This document shows positions 18,434 through 28,517 of a stretch of 47,104 nt of DNA, one piece after another (within the stretch, counting starts at the first letter, position 1; each line of letters begins with the position of its first letter). The stretch is taken from NCBI GenBank assembly GCA_043823785.1, contig JBDRAM010000026.1:1-47104 (forward strand), in the 5' to 3' direction. Made by a program: the position numbers and the translations under genes. Source of the DNA: Candidatus Omnitrophota bacterium. Its GTDB lineage: Bacteria > Omnitrophota > Gorgyraeia > JABMRG01. The notes below the pieces were generated by a model. The model worked only from the letters and a program-made list of their open reading frames with translations, was not told the DNA's origin and ran no database searches.

Positions 18434-19192
18434 CTATCGCACTGCTCCTTTCACTATATGACTGAATAAGTCTATCTTCAAGCTTGCACCACCCACCAGA
18501 GCTCCGTCTACATCCTCTTCAGCCATAATCTCTTTTACATTTTCCGGTTTAACGCTTCCGCCGTATTGTATTCTTACGCCAGCCGCTATCTCTTCGCCAA
18601 AAAGTTTGGCAACTAATTCTCTTATATACTTGTGGACTTCTTCTGCCTGCTTGGGCGTTGCGGTTTTGCCTGTTCCAATAGCCCAGACAGGTTCATAAGC
18701 TATTATTGTCTTCTTAATGTCTTCACTGCTTAAGCCTGACAACGAACCTTCCACATGATTTTTTACAACATCAAAGGTCTTTCCAGCTTCTCGCTCTTCC
18801 AGCTGTTCACCCACACAAACTATAGGCAAAAGGCCTGCGGCTAAAACTGCTTTTAATTTCTTATTTACAGTCTCATTTGTCTCATAGAAATATATTCTTC
18901 TCTCTGAATGGCCTATGATCACATAGCTGCAGCCGGTATCTTTGAGCATCTGTGAAGAGACCTCACCCGTAAAAGCGCCCTTTTCTTCCCAGTAGACATC
19001 CTGCGCCCCAAGCTTTATATTAGAGCCTACGAGGAGTTCATTAACATCAGATAAAGCCGTATACGTAGGGCATACAACAATATCAACTTCGGTTATGCTT
19101 GAAAGCTCTCTCTTCAAACCATTAACGAGCCCTACAGCCTCTTTAATAGTATTATGCATCTTCCAGTTACCGGCGATTATAGGTTTTCTCAT
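18434..19192 (-). CDS. tpiA: triosephosphate isomerase
   Basis: AGNWKM, IGHSERR, AYEPVWAIGTG, YGGSV, LVGGASL. Confidence 0.98.
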   Translation of the reverse strand: MRKPIIAGNWKMHNTIKEAVGLVNGLKRELSSITEVDIVVCPTYTALSDVNELLVGSNIKLGAQDVYWEEKGAFTGEVSSQMLKDTGCSYVIIGHSERRIYFYETNETVNKKLKAVLAAGLLPIVCVGEQLEEREAGKTFDVVKNHVEGSLSGLSSEDIKKTIIAYEPVWAIGTGKTATPKQAEEVHKYIRELVAKLFGEEIAAGVRIQYGGSVKPENVKEIMAEEDVDGALVGGASLKIDLFSHIVKGAVR

Positions 19193-19218
19193 TTTATTCC
19201 TTCTAATTCTTGTGCCTT

Positions 19219-19287
19219 GTATATCGTATGTCGCATTTCGTATATCGCGAAAACCGATATGCGATATGCTATATACGACATGCGAAA
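19219..19287. repeat. inverted CGTATGT/CGTATAT 7-bp arrays, no gene between
   Basis: Shares 20 identical bp (19259-19278) with 6470-6489. Confidence 0.8.
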
Positions 19288-19304
19288 CAGCTCTATTCCG
19301 TCTT

Positions 19305-20504
19305 TTAAACGCTGGCGGACTCTTTATCTGCCAATGCTGCTATGCCAGGCAGTATCTTTCCCTCAAGATACTCTAAGGACGCTCCTCCGCCTGTTGAGAT
19401 ATGAGACATCTTATCCGCAACACCGAATTTTGCTACCGCGGCAGCTGTATCACCGCCGCCGATAACAGAAGTAGCGGTTGATTCCGCGACAGCTTCGGCC
19501 AATGCCCTTGTCCCGGCAGCAAATTTATCATTTTCAAAAATACCAACCGGCCCATTCCATACGATCATCCTGGCCTCGGATATCTTTTTAGAAAATAGCT
19601 TTACGCTCTTTGGGCCTATGTCAACCCCCATCCATCCTGATTCTATAGATTCTGCCTCGGTAGTCTTTACATTTACAGAAGACTCTATATTATCAGTGAC
19701 TATATGGTCTATCGGCAAAACTATATCAACGCCTTTCAACTTTGCCTTATCAAGAATAGTCTTTGCTGTTTCAAACATCTCATTTTCCACGCGGGAGGAT
19801 CCAACATCCACTCCCTTGACCTTCATAAAGGTATAGGCCATTGCGCCGCCTATAAGAATAGAGCTGGCTTTTTCCATCATATTCTCAATAACAGGTATCT
19901 TATCAGCAACCTTCGCGCCGCCCAATATGAATATAAACGGCTTATCGGAGCTTGTGAGCACTTTTTCAAAATACTCTATCTCCTTCTCAACCAGGAATCC
20001 TGAAACAGATTCAAGGTATTTTGTTACACCTTCGGTTGAGGCGTGCGCCCTGTGGCATGTTCCAAAAGCATCATTTATGAAAATATCCGCTAAAGACGCG
20101 AGCTTCTTGGCAAATTCAGGATCGTTTTTTGTCTCCTGCTTATAGAACCTCAGGTTCTCAAGCATTATGATATCACCGTCAGCCATAGAGGAGGCCGCTT
20201 CCTTTACCTCATCACCAAGGCAGTCTTTAAGCATCTTAACGGGCTTACGTAGAAGTTCGCTAAGCCGCGCAGCTGTGGGCTTGAGAGAAAATTCAGGCTT
20301 GATCTCTCCTTTTGGCCTTCCCAGATGGCTCATAAGAATAAGCTTAGCGCCGTTCTCAACTATATATTTAATTGTTGGTAAAGCTGCCCTTATCCTGTTG
20401 TCATCTGTAATATTCTGCTCTTTATCAAGCGGGACATTAAAATCTACCCGCATTAGAACACGCTTACCAGCTATATCAACATCCTTAACGGATTTTTTAT
20501 TCAT
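19305..20504 (-). CDS. pgk: phosphoglycerate kinase
   Basis: RVDFNVP, SHLGRP, NDAFGTCHRAH, ISTGGGASLE. Confidence 0.98.
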   Translation of the reverse strand: MNKKSVKDVDIAGKRVLMRVDFNVPLDKEQNITDDNRIRAALPTIKYIVENGAKLILMSHLGRPKGEIKPEFSLKPTAARLSELLRKPVKMLKDCLGDEVKEAASSMADGDIIMLENLRFYKQETKNDPEFAKKLASLADIFINDAFGTCHRAHASTEGVTKYLESVSGFLVEKEIEYFEKVLTSSDKPFIFILGGAKVADKIPVIENMMEKASSILIGGAMAYTFMKVKGVDVGSSRVENEMFETAKTILDKAKLKGVDIVLPIDHIVTDNIESSVNVKTTEAESIESGWMGVDIGPKSVKLFSKKISEARMIVWNGPVGIFENDKFAAGTRALAEAVAESTATSVIGGGDTAAAVAKFGVADKMSHISTGGGASLEYLEGKILPGIAALADKESASV

Positions 20505-20523
20505 ACTTGCAGGCTCCGGACTA

Positions 20524-21543
20524 TTAGCAGGTAACTGCTGCCTTTGTCATATATTTAATAAGATCTATGACTCTGCAGCTGTAACCCCATTCGTTGTCAT
20601 ACCAGGAAAGGATCTTTACCATATCACCTATGCAGAATGTCTGCTCAGCATCCACTATCGAAGAAAGAGGATTCTTCTTAAAATCTATAGATACCAACGG
20701 CTCCTGGCTTACGCCAAGTATATTCTTCAGCTTGCCGGACGCTGAATCAATAAGGACCTTATTTATCTCATCCTTGGTGACTTCCCTTCCAACCTGCATT
20801 ACCACATCCACTATAGAGACTGTGGGTGTTGGAACGCGGATCGAAAGGCCGTCTATTTTTCCCTTTAGCTCAGGTATTACAATGCCAACCGCTTTGGCAG
20901 CGCCTGTTGTAGTAGGTATCATAGATAGCGCTGCTGCGCGTGCCCTGCGAAGATCATTGTGAGGAAGGTCCAATATGCGCTGATCATTTGTGTATGAGTG
21001 TATTGTTGTCATAAGGCCCTTCTTTACTCCAAAGGCATCCTTTATTACCTTTACTATCGGCGCTATGCAGTTAGTTGTGCATGAGGCATTCGACACAATA
21101 TTATCCTTTGCTGGATCGTATTTATCCTCATTCACGCCGAGCACAAAAGTGGGTACTCCGCTGCCCTTTGCAGGCGCGGATATTATAACTTTCTTAGCCC
21201 CTGCTTTTATATGAGCGCCTGTTTTTTCTGCGTCACGAAATATGCCTGTCGACTCCACTACGATTTCAACTCCAAGATCACCCCATGGAAGTTTTGAAGG
21301 GTCTTTCTCGGAAAAAACATTCAGCTTTTTGCCGTCAATCACTATAAAATTACCTTCCACTTTTATATCATTGGGAAGAATTCCAAAATTTGAGTCATAT
21401 TTCAAAAGATGCGCGAGAGTAGGCGCATCAGTAATATCGTTTACACCCACTATCTCTATATCCTTAGCTCCCCGCTCTAATGCTGAGCGAAAAACTAAAC
21501 GTCCAATTCTGCCAAATCCGTTAATACCAACTTTTACCGACAT
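20524..21543 (-). CDS. gap: glyceraldehyde-3-phosphate dehydrogenase
   Basis: [29 protein letters not shown]. Confidence 0.98.
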   Translation of the reverse strand: MSVKVGINGFGRIGRLVFRSALERGAKDIEIVGVNDITDAPTLAHLLKYDSNFGILPNDIKVEGNFIVIDGKKLNVFSEKDPSKLPWGDLGVEIVVESTGIFRDAEKTGAHIKAGAKKVIISAPAKGSGVPTFVLGVNEDKYDPAKDNIVSNASCTTNCIAPIVKVIKDAFGVKKGLMTTIHSYTNDQRILDLPHNDLRRARAAALSMIPTTTGAAKAVGIVIPELKGKIDGLSIRVPTPTVSIVDVVMQVGREVTKDEINKVLIDSASGKLKNILGVSQEPLVSIDFKKNPLSSIVDAEQTFCIGDMVKILSWYDNEWGYSCRVIDLIKYMTKAAVTC

Positions 21544-21569
21544 CCTTACTCCTCCTTGTTCTTATAGTC

Positions 21570-21642
21570 CGTATTGAGTATTGAGTATTGAGTATTGAGT
21601 TGAAAGTTTTTTTCGCAATACGCACGACGCACTACGCAATAC
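21570..21642. repeat. inverted GTATTGA/GCAATAC arrays with a 12-bp spacer resembling the 3' end of the four-helix-bundle gene
   Basis: Right arm is 27/29 identical to 12204-12232; spacer tgaaagtttttt versus ttaaagtttttt at 11839. Confidence 0.8.
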
Positions 21643-22652
21643 TATACGTTAATTTTGGGTTCTCTTAAATATCTACTGGCGGTCTCAGGCGGTGTAGGAT
21701 TAATATAGAATCCTGTCCCCCACTCAAAGCCTGCGATCTTACTAAGCTTCGGCATAATCTCTACATGCCAATGGTAGTACTCACTTTCATCACCATTGCC
21801 GTTGAGAGGGGTGGTATGTATGATAAAATTATAAGGCGGGTCCTTCAGAGCAACCTTCATCCTCATGAGTATCTCTTTGAGTATCTTTGCAAAATTATTT
21901 ATTTCTGATTCTGTAATATCCGTAAAATAGGCTGCATGCTTTCTCGGCACTATTGATACCTCAAAAGGTGAGCGCGAAGCAAACGGGCAGAATGCTATAA
22001 AATCATCATTCTCCAATATCTCCCTGTGCCTGTATTCCAACTCCTGTCTTACGATATCGCAAAAAACGCAGCGTTCTTTATAATCGTAATAGCGATGAGC
22101 GCACTCCATCTCTTCCATAACGCGCCTTGGCACTACTGGTAAAGATATAAGCTGTGTGTGGCTATGCTCCAAAGAGGCGCCTGCAGCTAGGCCATAATTT
22201 TTAAAGATCAATACATACTTAAACCTATCGTCCTTCGCAAGCTCCAGGCTTCTTCTCTTATATACTCTAATAACCTTCTTTATCTGCTCAATATCAAGGT
22301 CAGCAAGCTGCTCATCATGCTTGACACCTTCTACAATTACCTCGTGCTCGCCTACCCCGTTCATCATATCGAACATCCCGACGCCTGTGCGATTGAGGTC
22401 TGGTTCGTTCTTTAACGCAGGAAACTTATTAGGAACTGTTCTTGTCTCCCAGCCCGGCGTATCAGCAGCAGTGCCATCCGGACGGTCTGCATCAACTTCA
22501 GGCGGAGTCAGCTTTTCACTACCAATGCAGAAAGGACATGTTCCACCCATAAGAACCGGACTTTCTATAATGTAGCCGTCGGGCCCAAGATTCTTTTCAC
22601 TGCTTATAATGACCCAGCGTGCGGTCATAGGATCAAGTCTTAATTCACCCAT
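21642..22652 (-). CDS. galT: GalT-like hexose-1-phosphate nucleotidyltransferase (HIT superfamily)
   Basis: CPFC, NKFPAL, GASLEHSHTQL (intact HxHxQ), HWHVEIMP, AGFEWGTG. Confidence 0.85.
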   Translation of the reverse strand: MGELRLDPMTARWVIISSEKNLGPDGYIIESPVLMGGTCPFCIGSEKLTPPEVDADRPDGTAADTPGWETRTVPNKFPALKNEPDLNRTGVGMFDMMNGVGEHEVIVEGVKHDEQLADLDIEQIKKVIRVYKRRSLELAKDDRFKYVLIFKNYGLAAGASLEHSHTQLISLPVVPRRVMEEMECAHRYYDYKERCVFCDIVRQELEYRHREILENDDFIAFCPFASRSPFEVSIVPRKHAAYFTDITESEINNFAKILKEILMRMKVALKDPPYNFIIHTTPLNGNGDESEYYHWHVEIMPKLSKIAGFEWGTGFYINPTPPETASRYLREPKINV

Positions 22653-22658
22653 TGTTTT

Positions 22659-22690
22659 CGTCCTGCGTCCTGCGTCCTGCGTATTGCGTA
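22659..22690. repeat. solo 7-bp array (CGTCCTG x3 plus CGTATTG)
   Basis: cgtcctgcgtcctgcgtcctgcgtattgcgta. Confidence 0.7.
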
Positions 22691-22704
22691 TAAGATTTCA
22701 TAAG

Positions 22705-23748
22705 TTAAACTTTCTTTCCAGCGTGAATATCCACTTCTCGTAAAAACTGCGCTGATTCTTCAGGCGGGGTAGGATTGATATAGAATCCTGTGCCCCATTC
22801 AAATCCCGCTACCCTTGTCAGGCGAGGTATTATCTCAATATGCCAGTGATAATCCTGATCTATTGTGCTCCAGTATCCTGCTTTCGGGCGCCTGTAGGGC
22901 GCTGTATGCAATATGTAATTATAAGGCGGATCTGACAATAGGTTGTTTAACCTAAGAAGCACTTCCTTTACCACCTTTCCCAGGTCAGCCATGCTCTTAT
23001 CTTCGGTATTGGTAAAATCCGCGGAATGCTTCTTTGGCAGTATCCAAGTCTCAAAAGGAAATCTCGCGGCAAAAGGAGCTATAGCGACAAAGCCATCTAT
23101 ATTCAATATAAGCCTTTTCTTTTCGCTCAACTCCTGCGCGATTATATCGCAGAATACACATCTATCTTTGTAATCGAAATATTTTTTTGCGCCGTTTAAT
23201 TCGCCTTTTACACTTTTTGGACATACCGGCAAAGCTATGAGCTGGCTGCGGCAGTGTCTCATCTTTGCAGAACCAGCGGCAGGCTTATGGTTTTTAAATA
23301 CAATGACGTGTTTGAAACGTTTGTCTTTTTCGAGGTCGATTATTCTTTCCTTATATATTGACATAACCTTGGCAATCTGCTCCTCACTTAATGAACTCAT
23401 GCGGTCTATATGTTCGGGGGTCTCTATAATTATCTCGTGAGCGCCTATGCCATTCATCATATCATATATACCATGAGGGGTCTTGTTAGGGTCTCCTTCT
23501 ATGCGCAATACAGGCGAAACGCTAGGGACAACTCTAACATCCCAACCCAGGTTATCAGCCTTGGAGCCTGCATGCCTGGCCGCTGTTATCTCCGGAGGGG
23601 TAAGGTTCTCATTGCCCGCGCAGAAAGGGCATGGAGAAACTTCAGCCATACCTTCTGCATCGGGCTTAAAATCATTTGGCCTTTTAGCCCTATCCGTGGC
23701 TATTATTACCCAACGTCCTATTATCGGATCTTTACGTAGTTCGGGCAT
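22705..23748 (-). CDS. GalT-like paralog lacking the catalytic histidine
   Basis: ELRKDPIIGRWVIIA, CPFC, but HxHxQ reads HCRSQ. Confidence 0.85.
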   Translation of the reverse strand: MPELRKDPIIGRWVIIATDRAKRPNDFKPDAEGMAEVSPCPFCAGNENLTPPEITAARHAGSKADNLGWDVRVVPSVSPVLRIEGDPNKTPHGIYDMMNGIGAHEIIIETPEHIDRMSSLSEEQIAKVMSIYKERIIDLEKDKRFKHVIVFKNHKPAAGSAKMRHCRSQLIALPVCPKSVKGELNGAKKYFDYKDRCVFCDIIAQELSEKKRLILNIDGFVAIAPFAARFPFETWILPKKHSADFTNTEDKSMADLGKVVKEVLLRLNNLLSDPPYNYILHTAPYRRPKAGYWSTIDQDYHWHIEIIPRLTRVAGFEWGTGFYINPTPPEESAQFLREVDIHAGKKV

Positions 23749-23872
23749 AGTTTAGTTCACAGTTAATAGTTTACAGTTCACAGTTAATAGTTGATAGTTT
23801 CAGCCGCATGCTCCGTAGGCGCATCTGCCTGCGGCAGAGGCTGACCAGCCTTTGGCTGGTATAGTTTATAGT
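23749..23872. repeat. solo 7-bp array (A(T/C)AGTTN) interrupted by GC-rich hairpins
   Basis: agtttagttcacagttaatagtttacagttcacagttaatagttgatagttt...ccagcctttggctgg atagtttatagtt. Confidence 0.6.
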
Positions 23873-23891
23873 TAAAAATAATTTAGTGGAT

Positions 23892-23988
23892 ATTATAACA
23901 TATAAAAATTTTAGTGCAAGTAAAATATTTACATAATTTATGTAGCTGATTTTAATATATAGGACATAAATTATATGTAAATATTTTA
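23892..23988 (-). promoter_or_regulatory. promoter TTGCAC-16-TATAAT with an upstream 15-bp perfect inverted repeat (candidate operator)
   Basis: -10 at 23892-23897, -35 at 23914-23919; taaaatatttacata (23921-23935) / tatgtaaatatttta (23974-23988). Confidence 0.5.
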
Positions 23989-24034
23989 TCCCAAAGGCGC
24001 GATGAATAAGAGCGCCTGAGGGATCCCAACCTAA

Positions 24035-25471
24035 TTATTTTAGTGCCTCTTCGCCTCTCCTGCATATCTCCTTCGCGTAAAGCGTCCATGCTCCCTCGCC
24101 CCAGTATCTGAAACAGCTTGTCTGCGACAGCAAAAGATAAAGCAAGGCCTTCTTATATTTTGGATCCCGCACATCAGTATCGGGCTCGTTAAAACGTTTA
24201 TGGAAATTAATGCTCAATTTAACTATAGGGCCTATGACATCTTCATACCCCTTTACCCAGTTCTTATCGCTTGTCCATGAACCTTTATCTAGATTAAAGT
24301 CATGATGATCCTGCTTGATCTTATCTATGGCATCATCGCAAGCACCAGGCCGATACCCTTCTTTAACTACCTCCCAGATCCTGTGTTGGGAAATAGGCTG
24401 AACAGGGATAAAAGACCCACCATCCACCCCCATCTTTTTAATAAATTCAAGATACTCAGAACCGTTCATTGAAACCACGCCTTCCGTGCCTATCTGGCCA
24501 AAAGCCTGTTTGTAGCCTTGAGGAAACTCATTCATCATGACTCCGCCATTTTCGCCATCTCCGATCTGAAGCACGTATGGCGGCATCTCAACTCCAGCGT
24601 ATTCCTGATGGCCCACAGATCTTGCCTCATAATAAGGCTGCATCTGGCCAATCAGCTTAGTATCAGAGCCTTGGGTCTTTATCAGTATAGTTATCTCTTC
24701 TGTCTCGCCTAATGAGTTCTTAGCAAGCAGCTTATGAGGAAAATGAGGGCGTCTTATACCGCTTGCGTCCAGATTCTCTATTGTATGCTCCTGAACCATG
24801 AGCCATTCATAGCCGCAATCTTTTAATGCTTTAACATACGCATAGCATACATCGGGATGTATAGGAAGGTGCATCTCCGGAGGAGAAAATCCCTTGACCC
24901 TCCTTGCCGCGTCTTTACCAAATATAGAGGCGAAGTGTTTTCTCCAGGCCATTATGTGGAGTTTTATATCCGGCACGGGCGTAGAGGTAACTACCGCATG
25001 AGACCACATTGTCCCTAGCCACTCTACGTATCTATGGTATTTCTTATCGCAGGTTACCAATTTCAAATTTTCAAGGACTCTCCCCTCGCCCATCTGCCTT
25101 AATCCCCACAACAGATTCCCTGAATAATCGAGCATTATACGAGGGTTGCGCCCATCAGATACAAGCTCTCTTATAAAATCTGATATTCTCGAATAGCAAT
25201 TAATAAAAACCGGGGCATTGTGGTTATCGCCGATATCCTTATGCTCCATCATATATTGCAAATTTGAAATCAGATTTGCTTCTTTTAAAACATCTGTTTC
25301 CGCGGGTATCGTAGGCTGGTGCATGTGGAGGGCAACGCCAAATGAGGATTGTATATTATCAAAAGAAATATTTGAGAAAGAAGCATAGATCTCTTTCTTA
25401 TGACTTGAGAGATTCTCTATATCCTTCTGGTCAAATGTTATATCAGGTAACGATTCGACAAACTCTGGCAT
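24035..25471 (-). CDS. glycoside hydrolase family 57 protein
   Basis: LHMHQP, GFSPPEM, IGDGENGG. Confidence 0.85.
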   Translation of the reverse strand: MPEFVESLPDITFDQKDIENLSSHKKEIYASFSNISFDNIQSSFGVALHMHQPTIPAETDVLKEANLISNLQYMMEHKDIGDNHNAPVFINCYSRISDFIRELVSDGRNPRIMLDYSGNLLWGLRQMGEGRVLENLKLVTCDKKYHRYVEWLGTMWSHAVVTSTPVPDIKLHIMAWRKHFASIFGKDAARRVKGFSPPEMHLPIHPDVCYAYVKALKDCGYEWLMVQEHTIENLDASGIRRPHFPHKLLAKNSLGETEEITILIKTQGSDTKLIGQMQPYYEARSVGHQEYAGVEMPPYVLQIGDGENGGVMMNEFPQGYKQAFGQIGTEGVVSMNGSEYLEFIKKMGVDGGSFIPVQPISQHRIWEVVKEGYRPGACDDAIDKIKQDHHDFNLDKGSWTSDKNWVKGYEDVIGPIVKLSINFHKRFNEPDTDVRDPKYKKALLYLLLSQTSCFRYWGEGAWTLYAKEICRRGEEALK

Positions 25472-25479
25472 ATTAAATA

Positions 25480-27132
25480 TTAGACCGAAACGGCTTCCTT
25501 GCTTGCGTTTTCAGATATGCTTGAAACATCCGAAGTCCTATCTTCTATATAATATTTCGCGCATTCAATGTCACTGAATAAGTTATCTCTATTTTCAACC
25601 TCACTTAACCAGTCTTCATCTATGGAATTATTTATAATATCCACATAAAGCCTGTTAAACCTGCCTATATGAAGCTTTACCCTTTTATGAGCATACGCGA
25701 CCATAGTGCCGGTTTTCATAATAAACGGCCAATCGCTTGCCTGCATTAAAAAAAGTTCTCTGGCAGCCTGGTTCATGGCGCGCCTAATAAGGCTGCCGCT
25801 TTCCTGGCCTGAAAATTTATCCGCAAGCTCAAGCATTCTCTGTCCGGCCTTATGCGTGTGACGGTAAAGCCAATCGTTTCCACCTTCAAGCCAAACCTCA
25901 TTATACCCCTTCCAACCCCAGCTTGATTGAGACGGCATCGACATCTGATTTGTCTGATATTCCGAAAGATATCCTGAAGGTGTGATCATTTTTACGGTAT
26001 TCTGATCATATGCCATCTTTCTGGCAAGAAAATCTATCCACATAGGCCCTTCATACCACCAATGGCCAAAGAGTTCCGCGTCGTATGGCGCGACTATTAT
26101 GGGTTTTCTATCCATATAAGAAGAGAGGTGCTCTATCTGTTTTTCGCGGTTAAACATAAAATTCCCAGCGTGCATAGCGGCCTTTTCTCTTGCCCAGTCA
26201 GGCCTATAGGCTTCTTTATATTCGGTATTTCCTGTTATTCTCCAGTATTTAAGGCCTGTGTTTATCCGGAAGCCCTGATCATGGATATATGGTTTTATGT
26301 AATCATAATCTAGCTCATGTCCTATATCCTTATAATATTCACGGTAATCTGGGTCACCAGGATAGCCCTCTTTTGAGCTCCAGACCTGTTTTGATGATTC
26401 AGAATCCCTGCCAAATGCCGCTACGCCGGATGGGCAGAATAAGGGAGCGTATACTCCATACCTAGGCCTTGGATCTGCATTCATAATTCCATGAGAATCC
26501 ACAAAGAAATACCTGATACCTTCGGCTTTAAGAAATTCATCTACCCCTGGATAGTAGCCGCATTCAGGCAGCCAAAAACCTCTCGGCGCTCTGCCGAATG
26601 CCTTTTTATAATTTTCTACTCCGGCCATTATCTGCGCTTTAACATCAGATGGGTTAACAGAAAGTATTGGTAAAAAACCGTGTGTCGCGCATGAAGCGAC
26701 TATCTCAAGACAGCCTAGATCCTGGAATTTTTTAAACGCTGAGGCAAGATCCATATTATATCTGTTGACAAAGGCCTCTTTCGCCTCTACAAGTTTACTG
26801 TGATACATAAGGGCAAGGCCGCTATAATGAGGTTCATAGGCTGTTCTATCAAGTTCTTTTTCTGCCAGCTCTATCAAGCTATCAATGTGACGTATGTAGC
26901 GGTTCCTTAAGAGTTCATCTTGGAACATCGATACCAGGGTAGGCGTAAGTGACATTGTTATGCGGAAGTATACGCCATCGGCTGCAAGGCGTTCAAATAC
27001 ATCTAGAATAGGCAGGTAGGTTTCTGTGATAGCTTCATAAAGCCATCTCTCTTCCAGAAAATGCTCCTCTTCAGGATGGCGCACATAGGGGAGATGCGCA
27101 TGCAGCATTAAACAAAAGTAACCTTTATGCAT
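25480..27132 (-). CDS. GH57 1,4-alpha-glucan branching enzyme (DUF1957 type)
   Basis: LHAHLPYV, FWLPECGY, PYDAELFGHWWYEG, QASDWPF. Confidence 0.92.
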   Translation of the reverse strand: MHKGYFCLMLHAHLPYVRHPEEEHFLEERWLYEAITETYLPILDVFERLAADGVYFRITMSLTPTLVSMFQDELLRNRYIRHIDSLIELAEKELDRTAYEPHYSGLALMYHSKLVEAKEAFVNRYNMDLASAFKKFQDLGCLEIVASCATHGFLPILSVNPSDVKAQIMAGVENYKKAFGRAPRGFWLPECGYYPGVDEFLKAEGIRYFFVDSHGIMNADPRPRYGVYAPLFCPSGVAAFGRDSESSKQVWSSKEGYPGDPDYREYYKDIGHELDYDYIKPYIHDQGFRINTGLKYWRITGNTEYKEAYRPDWAREKAAMHAGNFMFNREKQIEHLSSYMDRKPIIVAPYDAELFGHWWYEGPMWIDFLARKMAYDQNTVKMITPSGYLSEYQTNQMSMPSQSSWGWKGYNEVWLEGGNDWLYRHTHKAGQRMLELADKFSGQESGSLIRRAMNQAARELFLMQASDWPFIMKTGTMVAYAHKRVKLHIGRFNRLYVDIINNSIDEDWLSEVENRDNLFSDIECAKYYIEDRTSDVSSISENASKEAVSV

Positions 27133-27177
27133 AATCTAATTACTCCGATCCATCTGTGTTTCTTGTACGACAGGGGA

Positions 27178-28506
27178 TTAACCCTGTTCTTCTGTTTTCG
27201 TTTCTGCGCGCTCTACCGAGGTCCTTATAGCTCGCCTCTGAATCTTATCTTTTGATATAGCTACAAATTCAAGCGGGATCTTTCCGTCAGGAAGGCTTAA
27301 CCGCAGAGAAAATGTTCCGTCTTTATAAAGCTTTATTTTTTTGTCGCCAAGCCATACTTCAGCATCAGGCTCTGTCCGGCCATAAACAATAAGCTCACAG
27401 CCTATATTAAAAAAGAACTTCCTCTCTTTCTTTTCTCTTTCACTGGCTCCCGGCTTATTAAGAGATTCGCTGGCACCGCCCTTTAGGATCGACTCTTCGG
27501 ATAAACCAATCTTTATCTTTTTTATAAACTCTTTGCCTGGTAATCCGCCTGTAAGAATATCCTCAATTAATATATCCGCTCCCTCAATTGATATATATCC
27601 AGGCAGTCTGCCGCCCTTTGCTGAAATAAGACGGCTTAAAACAGGAAAAAGCTTTGAATAGTACGCTCTTATATCGTCATCTGTTAAAAAAATCTTTCGG
27701 CCTATCTTTCTCGCGCCTCTGCCTTGTGTTAACATGGTAAAGGCCTGTAAGTTATGGTCCGCAAAGATGGCCGGTTCTTCCTGCAGCTCTTTCTTCACCT
27801 CCATCCAGACCATGTCATTGCGGCTGGAGGAATCTAAACGTGGAGTAGTAACAAAATTAGACCTTGCAAAAGAGTGAAATCTTCCTTCTGGCGTGCGCAT
27901 GCCTATTTCACCGCAGTACGTAACATTATCACCCAAAATATTTATATACCAATTATTAGAATGCGGGCCCACGTCAAGGTCAAAGGAGTGGTTCGCGTTC
28001 TCTCCATTAAAATCTTTATATGTGACATCGTACATGCGCAGCACATATGAAGACCTCGCAAACTCTCCGCCTCCGATATCAGCCTTGACCTTTTCTATAA
28101 ACATTGGTGATATTTCCCAGTAAGCGTATATCCAGTGCGGGCCCCTTGCGATTAAAGTAAGATGGGTGGAATTGTATGATGCTGGTATATCATAGCTATC
28201 GATAAAAGGCTTCTTCTCTTTAGCGGGTAATTTAAGCTTATCACTTTTTTGTATTTCGGATCGCGGCTGTGGAGATGGAATAATTCGTGATTTTCCCTGT
28301 GGCATCAGCCTGCTGGCAGTTTGGGTATTTTCAGAGAGTATTGTTTTTAAATTAGAAATATTTATTTTGGAACGAGAGGGCACAGCTTTCGCCTTTTCTT
28401 TTTTATCCCCCTTCGCCCTGTAATTAGCAGAAGATGGTAGGGCTACGGAGGACTGCGCGTCCTTTGGCCGCTTGCTTTTTACTTCTTGCTTTTTACTTAT
28501 AGCCAT
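27178..28506 (-). CDS. DUF4912 domain protein
   Basis: LIARGPHWIYAYWEI, LRMYDVT, C-terminal ELIVYGRTEPDA. Confidence 0.85.
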   Translation of the reverse strand: MAISKKQEVKSKRPKDAQSSVALPSSANYRAKGDKKEKAKAVPSRSKINISNLKTILSENTQTASRLMPQGKSRIIPSPQPRSEIQKSDKLKLPAKEKKPFIDSYDIPASYNSTHLTLIARGPHWIYAYWEISPMFIEKVKADIGGGEFARSSYVLRMYDVTYKDFNGENANHSFDLDVGPHSNNWYINILGDNVTYCGEIGMRTPEGRFHSFARSNFVTTPRLDSSSRNDMVWMEVKKELQEEPAIFADHNLQAFTMLTQGRGARKIGRKIFLTDDDIRAYYSKLFPVLSRLISAKGGRLPGYISIEGADILIEDILTGGLPGKEFIKKIKIGLSEESILKGGASESLNKPGASEREKKERKFFFNIGCELIVYGRTEPDAEVWLGDKKIKLYKDGTFSLRLSLPDGKIPLEFVAISKDKIQRRAIRTSVERAETKTEEQG

Positions 28507-28517
28507 CTATTCTACCT

